A DNA stretch of 62,915 nt, the filler included, from Octopus bimaculoides (taxonomy: Eukaryota): NCBI RefSeq assembly GCF_001194135.2. It is 8 parts of 7 records of this genome, joined end to end, with 100 filler letters (N's around TTAATTAATTAA, not from the genome) between each part and the next. Parts side by side here need not be neighbours in the genome. Positions count along the whole stretch, not along the records: positions 46,413 to 53,787 come from NC_068985.1; positions 53,888 to 60,070 come from NC_068998.1; positions 60,171 to 62,915 come from NC_069003.1; 5 more parts are not named here. The stretch is one strand, 5' to 3'. The translations under genes were made by a program, and so were the position numbers. Of this stretch, positions 51,741 to 62,915 are shown in pieces. Below the pieces are notes generated by a model. It saw only the letters and a list, made by a program, of their open reading frames with translations. It made no database searches and had not been told where the DNA came from. Every line of letters begins with the position of its first letter. Position 1 is the stretch's first letter.

Positions 51741-51812
51741 TGCTGCCTGTCGGACTCGAACCCAAGTCTTCTGTAAACATGACAGCCGTTGTAGCATTAT
51801 ACTAAAGCAACC
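51741..51812 (-). pseudogene. tRNA-like pseudogene or SINE head (possibly Val-related)
   Basis: Minus strand ggttgctttagtataatgc...gggttcgagtccgacaggcagca: perfect B box GGTTCGAGTCC and a wobble-paired acceptor stem; D and anticodon arms degenerate. Confidence 0.4.
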
Positions 51813-52329
51813 CTTGGAATTTTCTTTGCCCATTCTAGAAGCTTTGTTCTCCCCAGCGAGAATTTCACGTTGTTAATATCATAAAAGTTTAGAAACTGCG
51901 AAAGATATTCTAGTCTGTTATTTATAACAGCTGTTTTTAATAACTTTATCTACTTCGAGTTCCACCGTTAAAAACAATTTATTTTTAATCTTTCAAACGT
52001 TAATTTGAAATATAACAACAAATAACACAGAACAAAAGATGATTTAAGAAAAAATAAACAAGACATTTCTGTTTTTAAATAATGCTTTTTTTTTTGATTG
52101 AATAAAGTAAAATATTTAACAGGGAATAAAACCACAACTATAGATAAATTAATTACTATTGAGCTAAACTGGTGTATTTTATAAACACAAAACAAAAGTT
52201 AATTTAAAAACATCATTTTCTACTGTTAAACAATGATTTTTGATGAAAAGAATTTAACAAAAAATAAAGCCTCCACAACAACATTTTTTTAACAAACACA
52301 TCAACAGTGAAACTAATAAATCTACTAAC

Positions 52330-52968
52330 CTGGTGTGTCTTGTAAGAGAATCGTTGCTTTGCATAGTCCGCTGCCATTGCGGTAAGCTCCTGCCACAACA
52401 CGATTGAAAGCAATATAGATATTGTAATCCACACTTCCGTAAGAAGGTTGTTGGCCATTTAGAGTAAAAAGATATTCAGATTTAAGATGACCGTGCTTCC
52501 TACCACGAGACCACTCAACACTTTCATCGCTGATGTTTACATTGACTTTAGCACCTTTTTTCACAAAGTTATCAACTACTTTCATAAGTAGGCCACCATT
52601 TTCAGAGGCGTCCATATAACCTGGTAAATTGTTACCATAGATACGTAGCTGTTTATTGCAAATATGTACTTCGGCCATATTACCAGTGGTACCATTGTCG
52701 CCACCATAACCATTTCCAGTTGCAGAATCTGATATATCTAAAGTCCATTGTTTTGGAGTTTCACCATATTCCAGATAGAGGCTAACGCTTCGATATTTTC
52801 CCGATAAATCTACTTTGATTACTGCTTGGCTGGTGCATCGATCGTTTGTTGATTCTTTTGGAGAAGTGAGGAACTCCACATCAGGACTGTAACCACTCAC
52901 AATTCCTTCTTGCAGATCAATTTGAACTTTATTGTCTTTGAAGGCTCCGATAATCACCGCTAACGTGC
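52330..52968 (-). CDS. Internal coding exon (639 bp, phase 1-1) of a probable secreted protein with an uncharacterised domain of about 210 aa
   Basis: Acceptor tgtgtgtttcag|GC ACG and donor CCA G|gttagt; 213 stop-free codons of complex sequence (GTLAVIIGAFKDNKVQIDLQEG...GNGYGGDNGTTGNMAEVHI...FNRVVAGAYRNGSGLCKATILLQDTP). Confidence 0.9.
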
Positions 52969-52988
52969 CTGAAACACACAGAAAAATA

Positions 52989-52989
52989 G

Positions 52990-53066
<77 letters not shown>
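52989..53066. repeat. (tag)n microsatellite just upstream of the exon acceptor
   Basis: Directly visible; gives the poly-Leu and poly-Ser pseudo-extensions in the ORF track. Confidence 0.95.
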
Positions 53067-53067
<1 letters not shown>

Positions 53068-53227
53068 AAAGTTTAGCATTTAGTTGCAAGAAAGAGAGAG
53101 AGAAAGAGAGGGAGAGAAAGAGAGAGAGAGAGGGATGGAGAGAAAGAGAGAGAGAGACTAACTTCTTGGCAGTTTGTACCACGCATTTGCTAATTGCTAT
53201 TTATATTGTGCCTACATAAAGTGAAGT

Positions 53228-53460
53228 AAAGGCGCGTGGCATAATGGTTTGGGTGTTGCTCTCCCAGTGGCATGGTCGTGATTTCGATTCCCAGACAGGG
53301 CGGTGTGTTTTGTTCTTGAGGAAAGTGAACTCAGTCAACTCATTTGTAAATGGGTAGCCATACGACGATCTGGCGTCCCACTCGGAGGGAGAGATTTTAT
53401 CTGGGTCACTTATACGTCATGGAAACCAGGAAACCTGCCCCATGAGTTTTAGGACTTGAA
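53228..53460 (+). mobile_element. Family-E SINE
   Basis: Head aggcgcgtggcataatggtt...gatttcgattccc, then gtgttttgttcttgaggaaag. Confidence 0.6.
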
Positions 53461-53636
53461 AAGTAATGTCCAGGGGCTGTTGATAATGAGGATGATAAGG
53501 TTGTGAGCAGCTACAAACACAACACCAGAGGAATGCAAATGATGTGACAACCGGACAGTGATAGGGTTGCACCAGTCAAGTAAACTGGAACACACAACAC
53601 ATTTATTGGGAGTTACATGCATTATTCAAAACAGAA

Positions 53637-53779
53637 TGATTCGGGTTCCATGCTACTTTAAGTTTCGAAGCCCCAAACAGCCTTTCTCGTCAGTGTGGTG
53701 ATAATCAGATTATTACCACCCTGACGAGAAAGGCTCCGTTATGGCGTTCGAAACTTGAAGCAGCATGGAATCCGAATCA
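53637..53779. repeat. 143-nt imperfect palindrome made of two opposed hammerhead-like motifs
   Basis: Arms of about 70 nt centred on 53707; CTGACGA...GAAAC occurs on + (53721-53754) and on - (53693-53662). Confidence 0.85.
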
Positions 53780-53887
53780 AACTGATTNNNNNNNNNNNNN
53801 NNNNNNNNNNNNNNNNNNNNNNNNNNNNNNNTTAATTAATTAANNNNNNNNNNNNNNNNNNNNNNNNNNNNNNNNNNNNNNNNNNNN

Positions 53888-53920
<33 letters not shown>

Positions 53921-53927
53921 CTTTTAT

Positions 53928-53970
<43 letters not shown>

Positions 53971-54634
53971 CTTTTATCTTATATATATATATATATATAT
54001 ATGTCTTTTATCTTATATATATATATATATATATATAAGCACATTTAAGGAGGGTAATGTGCGTGTATGTAATGTGTTTAACTTCTTTTCTTGGTTTTAG
54101 TCATTTGTCTGCGGTCATACTGGAGCATGATCTTCAAGAGTTTAATCGATTATGCCTCGGACCGTTACTAATCTTAATTATGTCAGTTTGCTACTTACTC
54201 TATCCAATTGTAGCTGTTTAACTTTATCTTTCCAACATGCTAGTTGCCACTGACACTATTACCAACCGCTTCTTTTTGCCTGTACTCTAAACCCCATTAA
54301 ATATTCTGAATACTTGTATCAGAAGACTTGGTGAACTAACAAAATGGCGTCCTTCTTGATGAACAAAGACAGCTTGGATACTAAAATGTAACCAAATTGC
54401 TCTAATATTTCATTGGTCAATTTTTATGGAGAAGATAGCGTTACAGGATAAATTTCGGTGAAGATGATCTAGAACATAAAAGCGCACACATACCACACAT
54501 ACATACACCACACACACCTATACACATATACACACATACAAACATGGAAAAAATTAAAAACACATGCATGTATATACACATTCACGTATTTATATACATA
54601 TACATACAGGCACGCACGCACACACACACACACA

Positions 54635-54835
54635 TACGATGGGGTGCTGAAAAGTTCCTGGCTTTGAGTAAAAGAAAATCCAAGAGGATCAGTTAATATT
54701 ATTTTATCCAACATATTCCCACTCAAATACCCACAGCGGTCCTTCGGTTTTTCTAAGCTTTGTAAAAGAAATCGGAAGTTTCGGTCTCTAACCAGGCCTT
54801 TCACGACATCCTTAAAGCCAAGAACTATTCAGATA
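54635..54835 (+). mobile_element. Mariner-type MITE fragment
   Basis: Begins tacgatggggtgctgaaaagttcc, a mariner-like TIR; second TIR not evident. Confidence 0.45.
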
Positions 54836-55017
54836 TACATAGATGCGCACGTACACGATGCTACAATTAAATTTCGAGCCATGCTATCGATTCATTATTC
54901 TCTGAATGTGCTACAAATGTGACTTCTCAGCCTTGCTAGGAAACTACACTCTCTTGCACATTTGTGGCAATGAGGGATACCTCTTGCAGTAGATGTTCAG
55001 AGTACTTACCATCCATA

Positions 55018-55175
55018 CTGGTTTCAAATTTTGGCACGAGACCAGCAATTTAGCAGGATAGCGTAAGTCGATTATATCGACCCCCAATGTTCAATCGGTA
55101 CTTATGTTATCGATTACGAAAGGATGAAAGGCTAAGTCGACCTCGGCAGAATTTGAACGGGAAGACGGACGAAAC
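55018..55175 (-). mobile_element. Family-B SINE (3' part)
   Basis: Consensus block. Confidence 0.75.
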
Positions 55176-57699
55176 GTATATATATACACACACATATATA
55201 CATGTATATGTATGTATATATGTATGTATGTACGTATGCATGTGTATGCATATATGTATATATATTTATATTCAATATACCTAATTTGGCAACTGAGTAA
55301 AATGTACTTCACTGAAATGGACTAATAATGGCGAAATATGGCTGCTGATTTCACCATATGATTTTAATGACCAGAGCTAAATTGTCAAAACGTTTCAGTT
55401 GTCTTTACTGGGACCATATCCCTTGCTGCTGGTTATGCGTGGTGGGAGATGTTTCTATCAATTACATAAATAATGCAAAATAAACCAAAATGTTGCAGGT
55501 TCTTATGTAGACATCCTGGCACGGGAGAATAACAAAGGAACAAACGGAAAACAGGAAGGGAACAAAATGCCGCCTAATTCATGGACACGCTAAAACCCTC
55601 ATCAGTTATCAACCAGAAATCATCACAATTTCGACGTCTTATCAATATTCAGTTTGGCGACGTCAGAAGCAAAAATTCCTGGGAATATAAATGAGCGGAC
55701 ATGGAAAACGAACACAAACAGGAAGAAGAACAGAAAAATGGTCAGGTCTCTTGATCGAACGATAAAAAGGACAATTTGTGAGGCGAACGGTAATTCACAG
55801 GCATGAAAGAAGGAGAATAATAACTGTTAAACATGTAGGAAAATAACAACTGTTAAAGAGCCAAACTATTCAATGGACTCTAAGCTAAACATTCTTCGAC
55901 TCATGTCGCGTCATCTTGGCTGGAACTATTTTCGTTTATGTTTGATGATAGCGCTAAGAGCTTGTTGCAACTGCCAAACGTGATATGAATTTACAGTCAT
56001 CAAAAGTTACACACACATGTTTATATATATATATATGCCATATATAATAAATGATAAATAACGTGATATTATATATATATATATATANNNNNNNNNNGAT
56101 AGATAGATAGATAGATAGGTGGGTAGATATAGACATATGCATGTATGTACGGATTATAAGAAAAACAAATATTCACTTGCCTGTTTGGAAAAACATTTAC
56201 AGAAAAATAATTACTTTCGAGAATGCAGAAACCGAACCCATCCAGGCACCGAAATAATTCATAAGTTAAAAGAAGAAAGAAAGAAAGATGGAAAGTAGAA
56301 CAACATTTAGAATTAGTTGTAGGTTAGCAAACAGATGTTGTATGCAAGGCTAGCGTGCGAGAGTTAATTAAAGCAAATAATATAATGGAAATCGTCTCGA
56401 GGAATAAAGTTTAGGAGGAAGATATATTGTGTATCAGTATAGATGGACACTATAACAATAAAATGCTTCAATTTCGTTCCGTCTTAAAGAGACGACATCA
56501 TTAAATTATGGAAGCCTAAAGAAAGTATGGAAGCCTATAAAACGTAGTCATTTCTAGTTACTATTGCTGCTGGAGTAGTTGATCTTGCTTTTGTTGCTGT
56601 TGGTGCTGATGATGTGAATGAAGATGGTGGTGGTATGGGGTGGTGGTGGTGATGGTGGTGGTGGTGGTCGTCGTGGTGATGGTGGTGGTGGTGGTGGTGG
56701 TGGTGATGGCAGTGATGGTATGCAATGAAATTCAGTCAGATCCCTACCCCTAACACTATAAAAAATGTCATTTCGAATTGTCGGTTATATTTTGTAGAGC
56801 GTGTATATATACATACGTAAGTANNNNNNNNNNNNNNNNNNNNNNNNNNNNNNNNNNNNNNNNNNNNNNNNNNNNNNNNNNNNNNNNNNNNNNNNNNNNN
56901 NNNNNNNNNNNNNNNNNNNNNNNNNNNNNNNNNNNNNNNNNNNNNNNNNNNNNNNNNNNNNNNNNNNNNNNNNNNNNNNNNNNNNNNNNNNNNNNNNNNN
57001 NNNNNNNNNNNNNNNNNNNNNNNNNNNNNNNNNNNNNNNNNNNNNNNNNNNNNNNNNNNNNNNNNNNNNNNNNNNNNNNNNNNNNNNNNNNNNNNNNNNN
57101 NNNNNNNNNNNNNNNNNNNNNNNNNNNNNNNNNNNNNNNNNNNNNNNNNNNNNNNNNNNNNNNNNNNNNNNNNNNNNNNNNNNNNNNNNNNNNNNNNNNN
57201 NNNNNNNNNNNNNNNNNNNNNNNNNNNNNNNNNNNNNNNNNNNNNNNNNNNNNNNNNNNNNNNNNNNNNNNNNNNNNNNNNNNNNNNNNNNNNNNNNNNN
57301 NNNNNNNNNNNNNNNNNNNNNNNNNNNNNNNNNNNNNNNNNNNNNNNNNNNNNNNNNNNNNNNNNNNNNNNNNNNNNNNNNNNNNNNNNNNNNNNNNNNN
57401 NNNNNNNNNNNNNNNNNNNNNNNNNNNNNNNNNNNNNNNNNNNNNNNNNNNNNNNNNNNNNNNNNNNNNNNNNNNNNNNNNNNNNNNNNNNNNNNNNNNN
57501 NNNNNNNNNNNNNNNNNNNNNNNNNNNNNNNNNNNNNNNNNNNNNNNNNNNNNNNNNNNNNNATATATATATAGATGCATAGATGCATGCATGCATATCC
57601 TCACATGTACTCATATATATTTACATTAATAAAAACACTGTCTCACTAACCTCATGCAACTGGATCTGACGCTCAACCGAGCCAGCAGCAGACACTACA

Positions 57700-57740
<41 letters not shown>

Positions 57741-58327
57741 AAACAAACAGTCCTGTGAAGAAGACTTACATCGCCACATATTTACGTAGCTACTCAAAAA
57801 GACATGGTATCTCGAAGACATTGGAGAGAGTTAACGAAACCCGTAGAGACCTTAAACGGTTCGCCATTTTGTGACAAAAGCGTTACACTCAATAAAGAAC
57901 GACCACAGCGACAGCAACAACAATTCCCACCAGCAGTAGCAACGCTATCAATAACAATAACATCATCCAAGACTAACAAACAAATATGGCTTCTGTTCAA
58001 CACTCATATGTAATTATTCCTTAATTCTAAAGTTACATTATTCAGTGTCATATTTCCTGCTGGAAACGGAGTAAAACGGCGCTAATTGGATCGATAAGCA
58101 AACACCAGCAAGATTCATCCTTTTTGTTTTTTTGTTTTTTACTTCCTTTTCCTACGTCCGTTTGTTTTATTTGTTTCTTTTTATATTTTTCGTACTTGCT
58201 TAGCCTTTCGTTCGGATTCCATTTCTTGATCTCTGTTTTCTTTTGTTGTTGTTGTTGTTGTCCTTTTTGTTTACTGATTTTGTTTTAGTTTCCGTTGTCG
58301 TTATTATCGTTTTTGTTGTTATTATTT

Positions 58328-58389
<62 letters not shown>

Positions 58390-58852
58390 NNNNNNNNNNN
58401 NNNNNNNNNNNNNNNNNNNNNNNNNNNNNNNNNNNNNNNNNNNNNNNNNNNNNNNNNNNNNNNNNNNNNNNNNNNNNNNNNNNNNNNNNNNNNNNNNNNN
58501 NNNNNNNNNNNNNNNNNNNNNNNNNNNNNNNNNNNNNNNNNNNNNNNNNNNNNNNNNNNNNNNNNNNNNNNNNNNNNNNNNNNNNNNNNNNNNNNNNNNN
58601 NNNNNNNNNNNNNNNNNNNNNNNNNNNNNNNNNNNNNNNNNNNNNNNNNNNNNNNNNNNNNNNNNNNNNNNNNNNNNNNNNNNNNNNNNNNNNNNNNNNN
58701 NNNNNNNNNNNNNNNNNNNNNNNNNNNNNNNNNNNNNNNNNNNNNNNNNNNNNNNNNNNNNNNNNNNNNNNNNNNNNNNNNNNNNNNNNNNNNNNNNNNN
58801 NNNNNNNNNNNNNNNNNNNNNNNNNNNNNNNNNNNNNNNNNNNNNNNNNNNN

Positions 58853-59084
58853 AATTCAGACAAATACATAACAAAAACCCCAGGACTTACAAATATATAT
58901 AACATACAGAAAATTGCACTACTGGGTACTGCACACATTCTACGCAAAACACTTTCAATACAGTAAACATAAGAGCACCACAGCAAACCACAGCACATAC
59001 CCAAGGCGCACAGAGCTGCGCTCGGTAGTGAAGTGAAAGCACGTTATAAAAATAAAACTACTGAATAATAATAATAATAATAAT
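58853..59084 (+). mobile_element. R4/Dong 3' terminus with UTR, ending in (taa)n
   Basis: DKYITKTPGLTNIYNIQKIALLGTAHILRKTLSIQ* is the typical R4-clade C-terminal QK.ALLGTA.ILR motif. Confidence 0.85.
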
Positions 59085-59824
59085 ACAAATATTACTATTA
59101 TTATTATTATTACTACTACTTCTGCTATCAACACCGCCGCCACCATAGACACCCCCCACCACTACCGCTAACTTCACCACCTCCAGCAAAGCTATATCCA
59201 GTCCAGTCCAGTCCAGTCCAGTTCTATTAGCTGTTAATAGTACCATGAAGAGGTCACAGTCTGGTTGTTTTGTAAATTCATATATTTTTATTTTATGACA
59301 CAATTCATAAATAACAATAGAGCCATTGGTTCCGGAAAGTGCAACAGGCCAATCACGATTTCACTGATAGTGATGGTGAGGGACAAGGGAGTGTCAGTGT
59401 CTCGATGCAGAATAAATATCTGAAGGAACGTGATTAGTATTGTACGTTTTTTTGTTGTATTGCCAATTTATAGCCATCGTAGATACGGACCAGTGAAAGA
59501 CACACACGCAAGCACACACGCACGTACACACACATATGCACACGCACGCACACATGCTCATAAACACACACACTCATGCTCATATACATGCACACAGAGA
59601 CAGACACAGACAGACACAATGACACGTATTGGGATGTCACGAATCTCGGAACTGTTACCTTGTATTCTTTCAAAGGCCATCTTCTGAAGACGGTATGACG
59701 TGTGTATATGTAAGTGTCCACAACCCCCACACACACGTACTTACTCACACACACACACGCACACATACACACACACATATCAAGCAAGGAAAGTTACAAC
59801 TCGTAAAGCATTATAAAATGCAAT

Positions 59825-60040
59825 TAAGGCAGCGAGCTGGCAGAATCGTTAACACGCCGGGCGAAATGCTTAGCGATATTTCGTCTATCCTTACGTTCTG
59901 AGTTCAAATTCCGCCGAGGTCGACTTTGCCTTTCATTCTTTCGGGATCGATAAATTAAGTACCAGTTGCCTACTGGGGTCGATCTAATCGACTGGCACTC
60001 TCCCCCAAAATTTCTGGCCCTGTGCCTAGAGTAGAAAAGA
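59825..60040 (+). mobile_element. Family-B SINE, near consensus
   Basis: Full head to tail. Confidence 0.9.
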
Positions 60041-60170
60041 ATATAAAATGAAATAAATATTCTTGCTTTTNNNNNNNNNNNNNNNNNNNNNNNNNNNNNN
60101 NNNNNNNNNNNNNNTTAATTAATTAANNNNNNNNNNNNNNNNNNNNNNNNNNNNNNNNNNNNNNNNNNNN

Positions 60171-60204
<34 letters not shown>

Positions 60205-60289
60205 TATATTAAAAAATTTATACAGAAGACAGAATGTAACGAGAAGCATTTCATAGCCAAACAATCGTTTCGGCTTCATATTGCACTGT

Positions 60290-60590
60290 TCCTTAGTGGG
60301 CGTGGAACGATGCAATAATACCAGATGCGTTACATCTGGCGTTGCGTTGCGTTGTGTCCTTGGACAAAGCCCTTCATTTCGCGTTGCCCTGCGATCGTTT
60401 CGTCATCTGACATGTGGCACACGGTGCATTTGTACAGGTAATATCGATTTGATGGCGGGAATGAGCTTATGTGTACACAAACATTTGATTACTTTAAACA
60501 AACCATCTGTGTGTGGTTGCTTGGTAAGAAATTGCCGAACCCTTATCCGTCGTCTAGCGACGAGAGAGTCCATTATATATGTATGTAATG
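60290..60590 (+). mobile_element. SINE-like repeat with CORE-like segment
   Basis: gttgtgtccttggacaaagcccttcatttcgcgttg resembles the family-E/CORE block. Confidence 0.45.
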
Positions 60591-61204
60591 TACACTGTAT
60601 CAAATCAAGAGCTACTAATAGTTTCTTGACAGCATCGCCATATTTTTTGCTATACCTGCCTTCTCTGAAGAGCACTTAGTGTTACATTACGGCGTTGATA
60701 TCTATTATTCAGTTATCTTATACCCAGAGCAGAACCAATTGGTAAGATCGGCTGATATAGATCTATGATACTAGATACTTTATATATATATATATATATA
60801 TATTGTGTGTGTATTATGTATGTGTAACTATATACAATATATCAACTTATATATTGGTAGCTATATGTTTCACAAAATATGCACATAAAATCTTCTGATT
60901 TTGGGTCAAATATTTCGACTGATTATGTCACGGAACAGAAATGAGTGCACCTGCACCTGGGCTTGGCAATTACACAATATTAAGTTTCATCATAAATATA
61001 CTCTGTACAACAGTTAACGCGTTTACAACCAAACAGACGGCTCATTCATGTGCAGATTTCACTTCAGAACGCAATTTGGTTTTCTTTTTACAGCAGTCTA
61101 CTGTGAAGCATAAACATTTTTCGTTCTGGCTGCATTTATCGTTATATTTTATCAGGAATGCATTAATTATAAAAATCTAATATGTAACATAGCTCATCAG
61201 GCAG

Positions 61205-61800
61205 AGATCCTGGCTGAATCGTTAACATCCATATCTACGTTCTGAGTTCAAATTCCGCCGAGGCCGACTTTGCCTTTCTGGGGTCGATCTAATCGACTGG
61301 TCCACTCCCCCCCCCAAATTTAAGGCCTTGTGCCTAGAGTAGTAAAGATGATATGTACTACATGTTAGCAACATGACTCTGTTCAATGTTAATTTCGACC
61401 ATCAACAGAAATATTTCAGGTTATTTTGACATTTTTTGTTTATCAAAGAATATAGTATGCAATAATTTGGTCTGCGCCCTGGGAATAACGTTAATGCAGT
61501 AACCGAAATAAAAGAAGCTCAGAGAAGCACAAGCGAACGGAAAGATAAAGAAATAGATAAGAAGATAGAGAGATAATCTATATCTGCATGGCTGGGTGGT
61601 GAGAAGCTAGCTTTCTAACCACACGGTTCCGGGTTAAGTCCCGCTGTGTGGCATTTTGGGCAAACGTGTTCTACAATAAGCTCTGGTCGATCAATGGTTT
61701 GCGAGAGAATTTGGTAGACGGAAACTGAAAAAAGCCCGTCATATATATAGATATATACAGCAGGAGTGGGTGTGTGGTAAGTAATTTGCTTACCAACCAC
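61205..61800 (+). mobile_element. Family-B SINE (about 61205-61345) and family-A SINE (about 61585-61745, second head at about 61757)
   Basis: Consensus blocks. Confidence 0.75.
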
Positions 61801-62506
61801 TGTATGCAATGAAGCCACCTCAAAACGAGTGAAACGAGAAAGACACCAAGAATGTGTTTTGCTCAAAGTCATTGCTTTATAGAAATGAAAGACTGACAGA
61901 GTGATACGGGAAGTAATAATGGTGTTGTAGTTGTTGTTGTATGTGGTGGTGGTGGGCTGAGGAAGGACTGGAAAGGGGTGTGCAAGGACCTGAAGATGTG
62001 TAAGATGTGTATCTGTATATATATNNNNNNNNNNNNNNNNNNNNNNNNNNNNNNNNNNNNNNNNNNNNNNNNNNNNNNNNNNNNNNNNNNNNNNNNNNNN
62101 NNNNNNNNNNNNNNNNNNNNNNNNNNNNNNNNNNNNNNNNNNNNNNNNNNNNATATATATATATATGCATGTATGTATGTATGTATGTATGCATGTATGT
62201 ATGTATGTATTTACATTAGCTCTTAACCACAAAGGCCGTCTTTGTAACGAATTTAAAATAGTATGTTATCCAATTAACCAATCCTAGTTGGATGTGTGGT
62301 TTACCACGCCGTAGGCTTCGGTGAACGTCTCGAAAAAAAATCATTTTGTGTTGACGACTAATAACAAAAATGCACCGAAATTCAATATGGGTTGGTTAAA
62401 TTATATCAGCACCGGAGGATGACACTACTGTCTCATCGTTTCACCGTATCGCAGATCATCAGCAGCAGAAAGAAGAGCACCGAATGCCACACAGGATAAT
62501 CAGTTA

Positions 62507-62727
62507 CAGTAATGTCTCGACTATCGCGGGTGTTACGCTCCAAAACTCCGCGCAAGAGGTGAAAATCCGCGAAGTAGAAACAGTACTGTACCGTATATTT
62601 CTTATTACTTTTATGATTCGTGTATATCTATTTTATTATAAATGCAAAACAACACCACAGATGAATCGACGTAAGCTTAAATATAATAAACCGCGATAGT
62701 GAGCCGCGATATTACTACGGATTACTG
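62507..62727. mobile_element. Tigger/pogo-type MITE
   Basis: ta|cagtaat...tcgactatcgcgg ... ccgcgata...attactg|ta: TIRs with TA target duplication. Confidence 0.8.
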
Positions 62728-62877
62728 TACACCTATACAGAATAATACAGGCCAAATGGCCAATGATGTCGAGAGAAGCTTGTGGGCTGTGTATCCGTCG
62801 GTACTGACGATAAAATTTGGTCAACTGATAGAAAATGTTGGTGCTTTTCCAGCATTTTCTGTCTGTGCGAAATGATT

Positions 62878-62915
<38 letters not shown>

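Noticed and set aside
52969-53182. Apparent hydrophobic signal peptide (poly-Leu) on ORF 52325-53182
   Set aside because: It is the (tag)n and (ga)n repeats upstream of a clear splice acceptor.
62440-62730. CpG-rich region as a promoter or signal-peptide exon
   Set aside because: The CpG content is explained by the Tigger-like MITE; no ATG or phase-1 donor fits.

Overview
AT-rich, gappy eukaryotic scaffold segment dominated by microsatellites, tRNA-derived SINEs, decayed non-LTR retrotransposons (R4/Dong and RTE clades), mariner/pogo/hAT elements and Penelope-like remnants. The repeat families suggest an octopus or other coleoid cephalopod (inference). Nearly all ORFs in the supplied track are microsatellite or N-gap artefacts. 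There is one convincing protein-coding exon (52330-52968, minus strand, phase 1-1, 213 codons, no domain I can name). Signals not in the ORF track: (1) a complete minimal type I hammerhead ribozyme at 27937-27981, at the tip of an extended stem and inside a tandem 324/351-bp repeat, which is the layout of a retrozyme or Penelope pseudo-LTR; (2) an old inverted duplication (about 34850-36620 versus 44990-43270) carrying two candidate paralogous 68-bp terminal exons that both end in Cys-stop; (3) a 143-nt hairpin made of two opposed hammerhead-like cores at 53637-53779; (4) a diverged triplication at 22.1-22.6 kb with third-position substitution bias. All alignments and folds were done by eye, and many repeat boundaries are approximate.
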